A stretch of DNA of 60,426 nucleotides, the filler included, from Asterionella formosa (lineage: Eukaryota): the NCBI GenBank assembly GCA_002256025.1. It is 10 parts of 10 records of this genome, joined end to end, with 100 filler letters (N's around TTAATTAATTAA, not from the genome) between each part and the next. Parts side by side here need not be neighbours in the genome. Positions count along the whole stretch, not along the records: positions 36,344 to 42,296 come from NKIB01012875.1; positions 42,397 to 48,341 come from NKIB01012876.1; positions 48,442 to 54,385 come from NKIB01012877.1; 7 more parts are not named here. The stretch is one strand, 5' to 3'. The position numbers and the translations under genes are program-made. The notes under the pieces were generated by a model. That model saw nothing but the letters and a program-made list of their open reading frames with translations. It ran no database searches and was not told where the DNA came from. Of this stretch, positions 38,441-50,640 are shown piece by piece. Each line of letters opens with the position of its first letter. The stretch's first letter is position 1.

Positions 38441-40337
38441 TGGAGACATCATCGGAACTCTTTTACATTTGTCTGTAAATAAAAACTATCATGAATATAG
38501 GATCAAGGGTATCGTACGCTAAGTGGCACAGGATTTTTACATATATGATAGTTTTTGGATCAAAAATATGATCAATGTATCATATAATTATGATCATGCA
38601 GTAAACTTTTACCGAGCTTGAAGTATGATGATACTATCATAGTTATAATACCATTGCATCATATAATTAGTTAAACATGGTCATATGATGTGTATACTTT
38701 TGTCATGCATCTATCTTGTTAGCATGATCATAATTCACATCGATATCACTGTCTAAAATAGGATGAAATTGATCGAAATTTAGAACTATATTTAAGAATG
38801 GTTTTATGTTTCTATATCTTGAGTGGCTACAGAATGTTCTACAATGCTCTCATCGCAATGATTGGTGCATCAGCTTTCACTTCCACCTTCCCCCCAATCC
38901 AATTCTGAAGGTTGTTGTTTTAGTACTGGTTGCTTTGCCGTAGTTCCCCTGCTTTGTTCCATTTACTCCTGACGGATCTGAGTTTGCATTCACGCATTTT
39001 CCTATTGCTATTGAATCCGTTTCGTTGTTCCAATCAGCCATACTAACAAAGAGAAGCAATTCATTGTTAGCTGTTCATGTTTTGCTTACACAACAACATG
39101 CATTTTGCTTCTATCTGCCTTCACTTACCACAAATTGAGAAAGTAACTGATGCATATTTCTGTGAAAGAATGTGTCAGTTGAAGATTGAATGAGAAAGTA
39201 TTGATCAATAAATGGGCTCCAACACTGCTGTTTGTAACTAACAAATACTGTTTGTCTACCATTATCCTGAAATAAGCAACACATATGTGTTAGTTTTTCT
39301 AACAGTTGTGGATTGATCCAAAGATGATAGCACTTACCGATTTCTTTTGTCCACATTGATGGTTGGCCAGCCACCAAATCGAAAAGGAGCTATTGAATCA
39401 CTGAAAGGGGACAAGTCATTCCGTATTTCTAATCCCAGCAATTGATCATCCTGGCATTTGCTCTTGACAAACCGTGATGCTATGCACAGCTTGTTGATTC
39501 CGCTCTTCTCCATCATATTCACTCCTTCTTAGCCGCATGGTGTATCATCGTGATGTATTGTCACTTCAGTTTTTCGCATCATGTGTTGCTTGAGATCCTT
39601 CATTTCAAGAAGTGAATGCATGACAAGCAAGGAGCATGAAAGGCATTTGCTCTTGACTTACCATCAATTGATTCCGCCCTTCTCTTCAAAGCCACAAGTA
39701 TCATTGTGCTGTATTATCACTTTCGTTTTCCGCATCATCATGTGTGATGATCCTTCATTTCAGGAGCAAAGTGTATGCATTTGGCGGCATATTGTTGTCT
39801 TTCTGATGTAGTCTAAAATCTCGAGGAAAGTGAGTCTTCCATAAAATCATCGCTGGTCCTTTATGATTCAGAAATTTTCTTGAAGTTCCAAATGATGTTT
39901 TGTTAAACAAGCCAGACTCTACTAGGACCACATAGAATTTGTTGAGAACAAAATCCAGCACACTGTCATCTAGCCTCGTCTCCTTGCCTTTGTCATCATG
40001 ATCAAGTATCTAACCAATAAGAGTCGTTCCTTAATCTTCCATTGTCTCTTGAACAGACATGAAATACGCCATAGAAACTCGTTTTTCCTGATTGAACAAT
40101 CTGCAATCGGTGTCCCCTTCACAACCAATATCGTTCCATTCCTTGTAGCACTCGGAACATTTGCCATTCCGTCCAGATAACAAGTGATGTATTGCACTAT
40201 CGATAGCGTGCGAATGTCAAGAGAAACGTGTCTGTAACAGAAGGAAGCAGAAAGGGATAATGGTCTGTCAACAAAGGATTAAACAGTGGGCGAGTGCTGG
40301 ATCGGAAGCGATGCAGCCACACCGACGTACTCAGTAC

Positions 40338-40881
40338 AAAGCTACAGTTTCATAGTACCAGCTTGGTAATAGGTACAGTTTCTTAGTACCTGCGTCATGT
40401 TCCGACTGGGTATTGAAACAAGGGGAAGACAGGATTGCTGTTAGGGCAAACCTACAGTTTCACAGTACTAACGTAGTAATAGGTATAGTTTCACAGTAGC
40501 CACATCATGTTCCGACTGGGTATTGAAACAAGGGGAAGACAGGATTGCTGGTAGGGCAAACCTACAGTCTCACAGTACTAACGTAGTAATAGGTATAGTT
40601 TCACAGTAGCCACGACGTCATGTTCCGACTGGGTATTGAAACAAGGGGAAGAATGGAATGCTGGTAGGGCAAACCTACAGTCTCACAGTACTAATGTATT
40701 AAGAGGTATAGTTTCACAGTAGCCACATCATGTTCCGACCGGGTATTGAAACAAGGGGATGATGGGAATGCTGGTAGGGCAAACCTACAGTCTCACAGTA
40801 CTAACGTAGTAATAGGTATAGTTTCACAGTAGCCACATCATGTTCCGACTGGGTATTGAAACAAGGGGATGACGGGAATGC
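40338..40881. repeat. Tandem array, ~5 copies of a 110-bp unit
   Basis: tcatgttccgac starts at 40395, 40505, 40618, 40728 and 40838; each unit has two TA[CT]AGT[TC]TCACAGTA sub-repeats. Confidence 0.97.
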
Positions 40882-40990
40882 GGAAATTTTATTCACAGAT
40901 GTTGTTGCCCAGTAATCTAATTTAGTTCATGCTCATACTAATTTTCTTTTAGTTTCTAATAAGATAATTCTATGGTTTAGGGATGATCAT

Positions 40991-42296
40991 TTACATTACG
41001 ACGTGGTGGCCAAACAATCTTGTTTTGTTTCCATAAAATATCAAATGTTCAATGAGTTCCCTCTTGAAGAACTGTAAACTTAAATGCCAGACCACTCGAA
41101 CTGTATCAACATTCTTTGTTAGCACTTCAATATTGAAGTTGTCATTTGGATCCGGCACTAAATTGCGAATTGCATCAGGAATTTGTCCATCACCATCATT
41201 ACCAGGACCCATTCCAGAGGTATCAATTGTTCGCAAACTGGCTAATCCAAGTACTGCCGGTCTTGCAACTGCATTTAGCCTTTGAATAGCAAAAGGTGCT
41301 TCAGCTCCATTTAATTGGCCTAATGGTCCTTCCCAGTCAATTAAAACACCATTTTGCCATTGCAGGTCTAAGCCATCAATATCAAGTAACATGTTATGAA
41401 ATGCGCAACATGTTAGCCAGACCTTGTCAGGCAGGTTCTGTTACTCCATTTATTCGGATGCCTGATTTTAAAATCCGCCAGCATCCCTTGAGTATTCCAA
41501 AGGTACATTCCACATCTTTTCTAAGTGACTCCAGCCATTCAGACCATCTAAGTTCTTGTTCAGTTTCTGGGATTTTGGTTGGAGGCACTGTTGTAGACCA
41601 TTTTAGATATCCATTGTCAACTATCAAAAAGCATCCACTATACTTAATGGATACAACTGCTCCATTCCGATCTTTTTCTTTAAGCTCAAACTCCACATCT
41701 TTTAAGGTATCTGCACCATTCTGGATGCCTCGAGCAAAAGTATCAAAGTTGATTAATGTTTTATCATTCCATCGACAAGGATGCCCTGTGGTACTAGACA
41801 GGATCCTCTGGCAATGATTCACAGTAGCATTATAAGTCCGGGCTGTACAAGGAAGTTTTAATGATATATGCTGGTTCCAAAGCCGATTGAAGCATCGCTC
41901 TATTGACGCATGTGTAGCATCTGTAGACCCAAAACATCCAGGGAAACCAGCCTGTGTCATTTCAAACATGTGATGCTCTGCTTCCAATGGGTTTGTTGGA
42001 GTTCTAACATATTTTTTGTAAAGGATGGTACTTCCAACTTCAATAAAGGTATGGAAGAATTGCCTGTGGGTCTCTTGACTGATACCAGTATTCTCCTCAA
42101 TGTCATCAAAAGTCCGTCCTCTCCCAAAACCATAAGTTCAAGGGGTGATGATGCCCTTCCTGTTGCATCAGGTCGAGTCCAGCGAGGAAACCAATTTGAA
42201 TCTCTAGCATCAACAACAAATTGGAGGAACTGGTTGTGTGGTAGTCGAAATCTGCGGCGGAATTTCTTTTGAAATGACAATGATTCAACTGCTGGT
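40991..42296 (-). mobile_element. PIF/Harbinger-type (Plant_tran/DDE_Tnp_4) transposase, frameshifted, 5' end cut by contig end
   Basis: FRRRFRLP...PLELMVLG...AGFPGCFGSTDATH...GHPCRWNDKT...IVDNGY...ESLRKDVECTFGILKG...TCCAFHNMLL; D-D-E triad present. Confidence 0.92.
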
Positions 42297-42674
42297 NNNN
42301 NNNNNNNNNNNNNNNNNNNNNNNNNNNNNNNNNNNNNNNNTTAATTAATTAANNNNNNNNNNNNNNNNNNNNNNNNNNNNNNNNNNNNNNNNNNNNCAAC
42401 AGTCTACGTATGTCAATACGTATACCATTACCGTATATACATGCAAACTACATATTGGTACATGTTTATGTATGATGCAAGAAAAAAAGTTCTATACTAT
42501 CTCTCTTTACAGTACTAAAAAACACATGGTGCAAATAGTGTAGACTACGGCAACTTCCTTGAAACACTAGTACTTTTAGTGCACAAAATATAAAATCTGT
42601 TAAAGAGTTACCTGTATTTACGATGACGCTCATAACATCATCCATCACCGATCCAAATCCCATCCCATCCCATC

Positions 42675-43229
42675 ATGAAGTCCTTCCTTGCTCTCCTCCT
42701 TGCCTTCCTTCTCACTGCCAATTCCTTTACTGTCCGGCCTTCAAGCATGATCCCGAGCTCTGTCGTTGCGAGCAAGTCCTCGAGCTTGAATATGGTATTT
42801 GGAAATAAGAAATCGGCGGCGCAGAAGGCTGCTGACGCGGAAAAGGCGGCAAAGTATTGGCAGGGTGAATGGGTGTGCAAGGATTGTGGTTACATTTACA
42901 ACCGGGTGAGTTCAAGCGGATGGATAGATCCATATTTCTGGTAGTTAATGCCATGAGTACAGCTACATATTAGACCACACCCTCACCCAGCTTTGTCGCC
43001 TCTGGCTGGTTTCCCATTACAGGCGGAATGCGCTGGTTTGTATTTTGAGGAGCAAGGTCCTGGATTCCGTTGCCCTCAGTGCTCGGGACCTCGTCGTCGT
43101 TATGCGAAAAAGGTGGGAGACCGTGTCGGAACAACTCTAGACGGCGGTGACGCCCCGATCTTAATCTTCAGTTTTGGCGGAGTTATTGCCACAATTTGGT
43201 TCGGTATTTGGGCCATCAACAATTTGTAA
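42675..43229 (+). CDS. Plastid-targeted rubredoxin-like protein with C-terminal TM helix (145 aa); intron 42906-43022
   Basis: Signal peptide MKSFLALLLAFLLTANS-F plus Ser-rich transit peptide; WVCKDCGYIY...FRCPQC; GTGAG...CAG intron joins the exons in frame; hydrophobic C-terminus. Confidence 0.9.
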
Positions 43230-43640
43230 CATTCCCAGACCAGCCACCTACTTATCAGCCAAGGAGAATTAGTCCAACGCTATTGTGCGACTCTCCCGTC
43301 AAATCTTAAGCTAGTAGTATTCCTGAATTACTTTACAAAAGCTTGCGTCACTAATTCTTACTGAGTTTTACATTTTTGTCAAACGTGCATATTTACGTTT
43401 CTCGTACGGGATGCACAGTTCACAGTCTGCATGTACTCGATATCATTTTCTAATGGTCAGAGGTTCAGGACGTTATTCGCATTGACTACTGCAACAAAGA
43501 AAAAGCTTATTTTGTTGGTAAAAACATAACTCAAGATTCGATTATATTTATGGACTATTATATTAACTTTTGCCCTTTACACATGACCAGGTACCGATAA
43601 CTTCGAACATTTTCCAATGTTTTACGAGAGTCTATCCACA

Positions 43641-46116
43641 TCAAACCATATTTTCCAAGTCCAATTCACGGGAAGTCTCCAAAAGTTTATTGTATACACT
43701 TTCGCCCAACGTCGCCATCAATGCACCCTCGACATCTTCAAGCTCGCAACCAAGAAAAATAGGAATAGTATTGCCATAAGTCCAAGGGACAGAGTTCAAA
43801 TTCCTTTCATCATTGGTCTTGAGCAAACCTTGATCGAATAAACGCAAAACAGAGTCCTTAAACATTCTTACCAACAGCTGCATTTCTGGATTCATGTAAG
43901 CAATCACTGACTTCGTGCAGCTATGGAGTTTAGCCGCTGAGATTACAGAATAACATTGGTCAGCTTGAGTCAATGCAGCAGTAATGCAAAGCACAATATT
44001 GTCGAGTCGAGGATTCCAATCGCTGACATCACGATAACTGGGCAAGGAGATGATAGTATTGACCGCCTTCATCATATGATGAAGTTTGACAAGGGGCCCG
44101 TTCAATTCAGTTGATCGCTGTTGAATTGGCGACATTTCCTCGAGGCACTTGTGGACTGCAAGTGAGGTCAACTCCAACATAAGCCGCACATTGCCATCTC
44201 CATCTGCAACAATATTCGCAGCAAAGTTAATGGCCTTTTGGTGACAAACGTTTCTTCCCACTCGATCGATAACAATTTGGATCAAATCTTCTTTTCTAAA
44301 ATTTGAAAATTCGACATGCTCTCCATCCTGTAAATGTAGTCTTCAAATAAGCGAAGAAATGATCAAAGTAAAACAAGAGATTGCCCAAAGCCTACTTACC
44401 ATACCCAGATCCCTAATTCGTCGTGCTTGTTGCATGCCTACATCACGAGAAATTCCAATGACAGCGAAGTTTGAGCTTGGCTCCTTTGCCCATTCAATCA
44501 AAGTCACCAAGGTTTCCTCACTTTCGTTTCTTGGCTTCGTGCTTCCTTTGCCGAGAGCAATGGCAAGGAGGGCATCAATCCCTTCGATAACCAATACCAC
44601 CATACGGCTTTCGCCCTTGCGTCCCCCTCCAGACTTTAAAGCATCTTGAATTTTGCTGTCGGAAGCATCAGAGGGAATGAACATTGATTTCGCAATTCTT
44701 CCCATAAGGTTACGTCTTGTCTTCACTTGGGAACCAACAGTGTGACAGCAAATGACGTTTTTACGTGTTTCCTCTAGTCGTTGACATATTTGCTTCACTG
44801 CACAAGTCTTCCCTGTGCCTGGGGCACCAGTGATATACAGCATGGCACCGCCTGGTAACTCAGAGGAGACAAACGCATTCATGAATTTTTCGACACGATT
44901 GAGTTGATTCTGAAAGGTAGATGAAGGGGACCACGAAAGCTTTGGTACAGTGAAGGTGGCATGAAGAACATTAAGACAACAAGTAAGCTTCAACTTGAGA
45001 GTCCCCTTTTTGTCTGGAAGCGCTTGCTGATTCTCGACACAAGCCTTCATTTGATCTTTTCGCTTCATTTGATCGTTTCGTGTCCTCTCTCTAGATCCAT
45101 CTTCAGAAGATGGAGTTACATTGCCACTGGTTGATTCCATTGCCACCATTAGTCGCCTTGTGGGTATAGTGTTGAGACCAACTTCCATTACCTTCCGCCT
45201 CTTGATAACGTTCGAAGAGCGCCCCTCCCTGGCCTTTCGCCTTTTCATGGAAGCAACATCCAAGATAGTGCCATCATTCACGGTGGGGGATTTTTCTACA
45301 TCCACCTTCACCTGATGAGCAATGCGTGTCATGTGCCGCGTGGTTCGCTCCTCAAGCGTTGGAGTCACCTTGCGACTGCACNNNNNNNNNNNNNNNNNNN
45401 NNNNNNNNNNNNNNNNNNNNNNNNNNNNNNNNNNNNNNNNNNNNNNNNNNNNNNNNNNNNNNNNNNNNNNNNNNNNNNNNNNNNNNNNNNNNNNNNNNNN
45501 NNNNNNNNNNNNNNNNNNNNNNNNNNNNNNNNNNNNNNNNNNNNNNNNNNNNNNNNNNNNNNNNNNNNNNNNNNNNNNNNNNNNNNNNNNNNNNNNNNNN
45601 NNNNNNNNNNNNNNNNNNNNNNNNNNNNNNNNNNNNNNNNNNNNNNNNNNNNNNNNNNNNNNNNNNNNNNNNNNNNNNNNNNNNNNNNNNNNNNNNNNNN
45701 NNNNNNNNNNNNNNNNNNNNNNNNNNNNNNNNNNNNNNNNNNNNNNNNNNNNNNNNNNNNNNNNNNNNNNNNNNNNNNNNNNNNNNNNNNNNNNNNNNNN
45801 NNNNNNNNNNNNNNNNNNNNNNNNNNNNNNNNNNNNNNNNNNNNNNNNNNNNNNNNNNNNNNNNNNNNNNNNNNNNAGTAGGGCCCAGTGTAATGGCAAG
45901 TCTTTCCGTCAGTTTCTCATCATTTAAGCGAGCCTCCTCAAACCATTTTCTAGCAATGGGCCGGAGGTCGACAGCGTTAGTAGCCTTGCTCCATCTCGAA
46001 AGGTGCGAATAGCCAGAAAAGACAGCACATGGCCACCAAAGTTCAGGCGCGTTGTTGCGACTAATCTTCAAAAAGATTGTTTTCGACGGGAAAAAATCAG
46101 TGCAAGCTGTGCTCAT
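43641..46116 (-). CDS. CDC6: CDC6/ORC1-family AAA+ protein with N-terminal PWWP-like motif; intron 44328-44399; spans sequencing gap ~45382-45876
   Basis: LYITGAPGTGKT Walker A, VVLVIEGID Walker-B position, AVIGIS sensor-I position, GNVRLMLEL lid, C-terminal winged-helix-like region; ELWWPCAVF near start; GTAAGT...CAG intron in frame. Confidence 0.78.
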
Positions 46117-48479
46117 TTTGATTCTATTATGTCAAGAAGAATGAGAAGTATAGAGGAGATAAAATTCAATGACAAGGGAACTTAAGGCTTTGGATAGGTT
46201 CCTGGTAAGTCACAAGCAGATTTAAATGAAGATCAGCATCAATAAATGTACCGGTATGTGCCGACATATTTTATTTTAGAGAAGAAGTGGATCCGGTATA
46301 CATACCTGTATTATTCTATGGACAATACATAGAGTACAGGTACAGTAGCTGGAAAGAAAGGGCGGGAAAGTCATATAAAAAATATTTTATATATGAATAT
46401 ATGAACTTATTATATACCACGGTATTTAGCACCAACTATTTACAGCATACATACCGGCAGGCTACATAATGCAGTGTGCTGTTGCCTGATATACCGGTAA
46501 CGATATGAAAAAGATATCATACATAATCGACCTGTTATTTTGGTACCAGTACCAGGTACAGTTACGTGGAGCAGTCCTCGTGCCGATGAAATTTCGCCCT
46601 GTATGTATATGCCTTCTAAGGGAATGTCATGTAGGCCAATGGTTATTTAGCTAAGGAATATTTCTAATTTCATGTCTTCACTTTCTTCTATATTCGAATA
46701 TTTTAGCATTCCACTGACCCCCCTCCTCTTTTAGATTGCTGAACCTCGGATATTGGTGGAACCATCATGATGACCTACAAGCCAGCTTTATTGCAACAAA
46801 CTGTTTTTCGACTGTGGCTGCTCTAACAACTTGTTCTCATACACATGTCTGCTGTGGATGTAGCCTCTGAAGAGGCACTCAACAACTTGTCTCATACATG
46901 TCTGTGTCTGTCAAGAATGTTGCCTCTGAAGAGGCACTCAACAAAAATGTGGCACTTCAATAGGACCCATTTAAAACCATGAGGAAGACCAACCAGAGAA
47001 CAAATGGTGGAAACAGTAAGTGCATAGTGTATTTCGCTTGTTCATTTATCATCCTTCACTTTGCAGTTGATTCAGCTCATGTGCACTCTCTTTGTGCTGA
47101 TCAACTAGAACTGTGAAGTATGTCTTTGTTCCTCTGTACAGAAGGGATGATGTTGCATTGTTTTTTTGAAAATTTGGTTGATTGTTTGGTGTCCATTGCA
47201 CTACAAGAATTTCAAATGCCTGGATTAGCCTACATGTTCCACCAAAGCAATTGTTTACATGTTCCACATTTTTCACCATTTTTCTTATTGAATTTTTTCT
47301 TTTCTTTTTCTGCAGTGAATGATGGAGCTTAGATTTTTTTGATACAGGAAAGGTCGATTGGTTGTGACAATATTGGATCCATGATCATTCTTGTTGGGGG
47401 CTTGACATGGTTTTTGGAGTAAAAGGGACAAAGGGAGGATTTTTGTTCTGCTCAGTCATTTGATGGATCATACTAGCTGTCAGTGGTTTTTTTGTCATTA
47501 CAAAATGGAGAAATGATGTTTGAAGGGGTCTGAGTTGAAAAATTTTCAATGTCATCATTGTGTCGGTTGCTGTTGCAAATGTTTAGCTGATTGCATATTT
47601 GATTACATCACATCATTGCCCCTTCCTTATGGCGATAAGCGATAGTCAAGAGGGAGAAATGCAGAGCTTGATGCTTGTGTATTTATGAAACCACTCAAGA
47701 ATAAATCTGAATAAGGAGGAATCATTCTTGTGATGAGAGAAATGTTGATGGACAAATCGTTCCTTAAGTAGATTTTCTGGAGAGTCGCACGTCTGCAAAT
47801 AAAAAGTATCATGCATATAGGATCAAGGGTATTGTACGCTAGTAAGTGGCACAGGATTTTCGTTTACATGATAATTTTTGGATCAAAACTATGATCAAGG
47901 TATCCTATAACTATGATGACTTATTAATATTTAACCAACCTTGAAGTATAATGATAAGTAGAACATTATCATCACACAATGTATATAAACTGATCAACAA
48001 CATTACTCATCAGCATCATAAACCTTCTCATATTATTTTCAATTCTTGTGATTGCCCGATGTAAATTATTACTACAATGCATCCTAAAATCAGCTCAACT
48101 CTATGCTATCATTTAAATTTTTTCATCGTAAATCTATTGTAAACATGATCATAATTCTAATCACAAGCATTGTTCAAAATAGATTGAAATGTATTGTAAT
48201 TTAACTATCAAATTTAGCAATGCTATCTATTATTCTACATGCCAGCGACCCAACGTTTCTCTCTCTACTCGGCTCAATGTATATTGTTCCTGTCTCGCTC
48301 TTTTCTTCCTCTTTTCTGAATCTTGTGCCAAGCAATGCCTTNNNNNNNNNNNNNNNNNNNNNNNNNNNNNNNNNNNNNNNNNNNNTTAATTAATTAANNN
48401 NNNNNNNNNNNNNNNNNNNNNNNNNNNNNNNNNNNNNNNNNTAGAGACCGCTATAGAAATGAAGCCGTGAAAATAATGA

Positions 48480-50640
48480 TGTGGTTGGTAATTTGGTACA
48501 AGAATGAATCTGACAAACAATTAAGGGATTGACAGATGAGTTTGATCAACCTAATAAGATTGCTTGATCAGATTCATGTAGCGATCACAGACGACCAAGT
48601 AATTTCGCAGAAAAAGTGGGAAGCTAATGCAAGAGTTGTTGATAGGGAATGGTTGGACAAGGAGAATAGCCCTACACCCACTGATTTTAGTGGTATGGTC
48701 TACAAGGACTAAACATCTCGAATTGGAAGAATAATGGTGTGTCTGCCTTTGTTGAAGGGAAAGGTTTCTATGGACAAGCGCTCAATCTTGAATAATTTCC
48801 AGGCTCCACAAGTTCAGGGCAAGTGATGAATTTTCAAAGAATGTGGACAAGTAAATGGAAGGAGTTGTACGCGTAGTGTCAAAGGCTGTGCAGGAAGGCC
48901 TTGGTTCTGTGGAAATGGGCAAGCGCGAAATTACTTTCGAGGTCTATGAAAAATCTATAATATGGCTACTTGATGGAGGTTCACTTAAGAACATTTTCGG
49001 TAGTGCTCAGCCATTGACTTGGAATTTGATGTCAAGGGGTTAAAATACCTGTATATGCTCAAAGCACCTGATGTGGAGGGCTGATGTATTTGGAATTTCA
49101 TTTTCACATGTTAAGAATGACCCTGTAGGGTCCAGGAACTTGCATCCCCGACATATTTACAAAACCGCTGACAAGTGTCCTGTGTGCTGTGTGACTGTTG
49201 TTATGGAGTACTAGCTTGTTGTGTTTTTTAAGACTCTTCCAGGATGGGATGGTATGCTGTTGCCAGGTCCCAAGTAGGAGGAACGCCACGATTTAGGGAT
49301 ATTCTACAACATGTGCTAGAAAAGCACAAGGATGCTGAGATACTTGAACTTGGCTATGGACCTTATGACATAGGTGTACATTCCATTTAGAAAGGAGGGT
49401 CAGGTTAAATATTTTTCTAGCGGTACTAGGGCAGCTCCTTTCAATTATATCAGTCAATAACCGGCCGGGGTGGGAGGACTAGTTGCTTTGTCAGGTGTGC
49501 AAAATTATACTATTCTATGTTGTTTGAGGGTGCTGGTGACCAGTACTTTCAAGGTCGAATTTTAAGCGATATGAATGTACTATCTGCAAAGTTTGGCGCT
49601 TCTGTACAGGACGTATTTATCATGGTACTGTTGGCGTTTCCAAGGCAGTGGCTATGGTGAAAAAAGATGGATTTGAATCAAAAGGTTCCTACCACACCAT
49701 TGAAAAACACTATTATGATAGTTCAGAATGATAGCATGATCTATGCATCACCATTTCGATGCTACAAAGCGCATTCCTCACCAATTCAATACTTGCAAAG
49801 TCGCCCCGTTTTCAGGAAACAAGAGTTTATTGAGTTGCGGGATTCTGTCAGAGTAGCTAGTACTAGTAGCGTATCCTTGGGAGGATGACAGTGTCGTTGT
49901 ACAGAGGTGTGTTACGAAGCTGACTGGGGTTCTGCCTCATGTTGTCGAGCTTGTTGCAATCGAGCACATCAAGGTTATTGTTTCAGAAATACAGCCAGGA
50001 GTGTTAGAAGGTATCAAAAAGATGTTGGATGACCATACCATGGGTGGGACATTGTCAGAGACTAGAATGAAGTATATTTTGAAAGAATTTTTGAAAAATT
50101 GTTGTGGAGGAGCTAGATCAATGGTTTCCAACAGCAAACAATATGCCATAGTCAGCTACTGGTGATGGATCATAGATCAAGCCAAATTCATGGGTGAACA
50201 AAAAATTTGGATTCACAAGTAGGGAAACTTTAGATGGGTTGGGGGAAATTCCCAAATGTGGCCTCCTTGTTGCATACAAACTATGGCATACTCTAAGGAT
50301 ACAGTGTAAGGACAGAGTGCTATGAAGTTTTCAAAGGGAGGGAAAGGTTCGAGGAATTCAAGCTTCTCATGAGAAGTTTAGATTTAGCTGCACATGAAAA
50401 AGGAGGGTTGTTATATCAGGAAATGTCAGATTTGCATTGCAGGAGGGCATTTGATATGATTGTTGCTACTAGTTGTTCATTGGGAGTTCTTCCAATGGTG
50501 ACTCCAAAGGACCAGTGCTGGCATCTAGACCAAAATAAGTGGCCTAGTACCTATCTGAGAACCATGCCTAACAAGGTCCATGACGTCATTGCAAAGCCAC
50601 ATTTTTTCAGTAGCAAACAGATTTCTGATATTGCCATTTA
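48480..50640 (+). mobile_element. Decayed Crypton (CryptonS-type) tyrosine recombinase transposon
   Basis: GKREITFEVY...LTWNLMSRG...WRADVFGISFSHVKND...HPRHIY...YDIGVHSI*KGG...FEGAGDQY..GRIL; many stops; boundaries approximate. Confidence 0.8.

Noticed and set aside
40338..40881. CRISPR array (units contain ATTGAAAC, a common CRISPR repeat ending)
   Set aside because: The whole 110-bp unit is repeated, there are no unique spacers or cas genes, and the context is eukaryotic
45315..46012. Plus-strand ORFs of 188-228 aa
   Set aside because: Made almost entirely of N-derived X residues
46826..46943. Two-copy ~60-bp repeat with GCCTCT-GA-AGAGGC hairpin
   Set aside because: Only two copies and no associated gene; most likely local slippage
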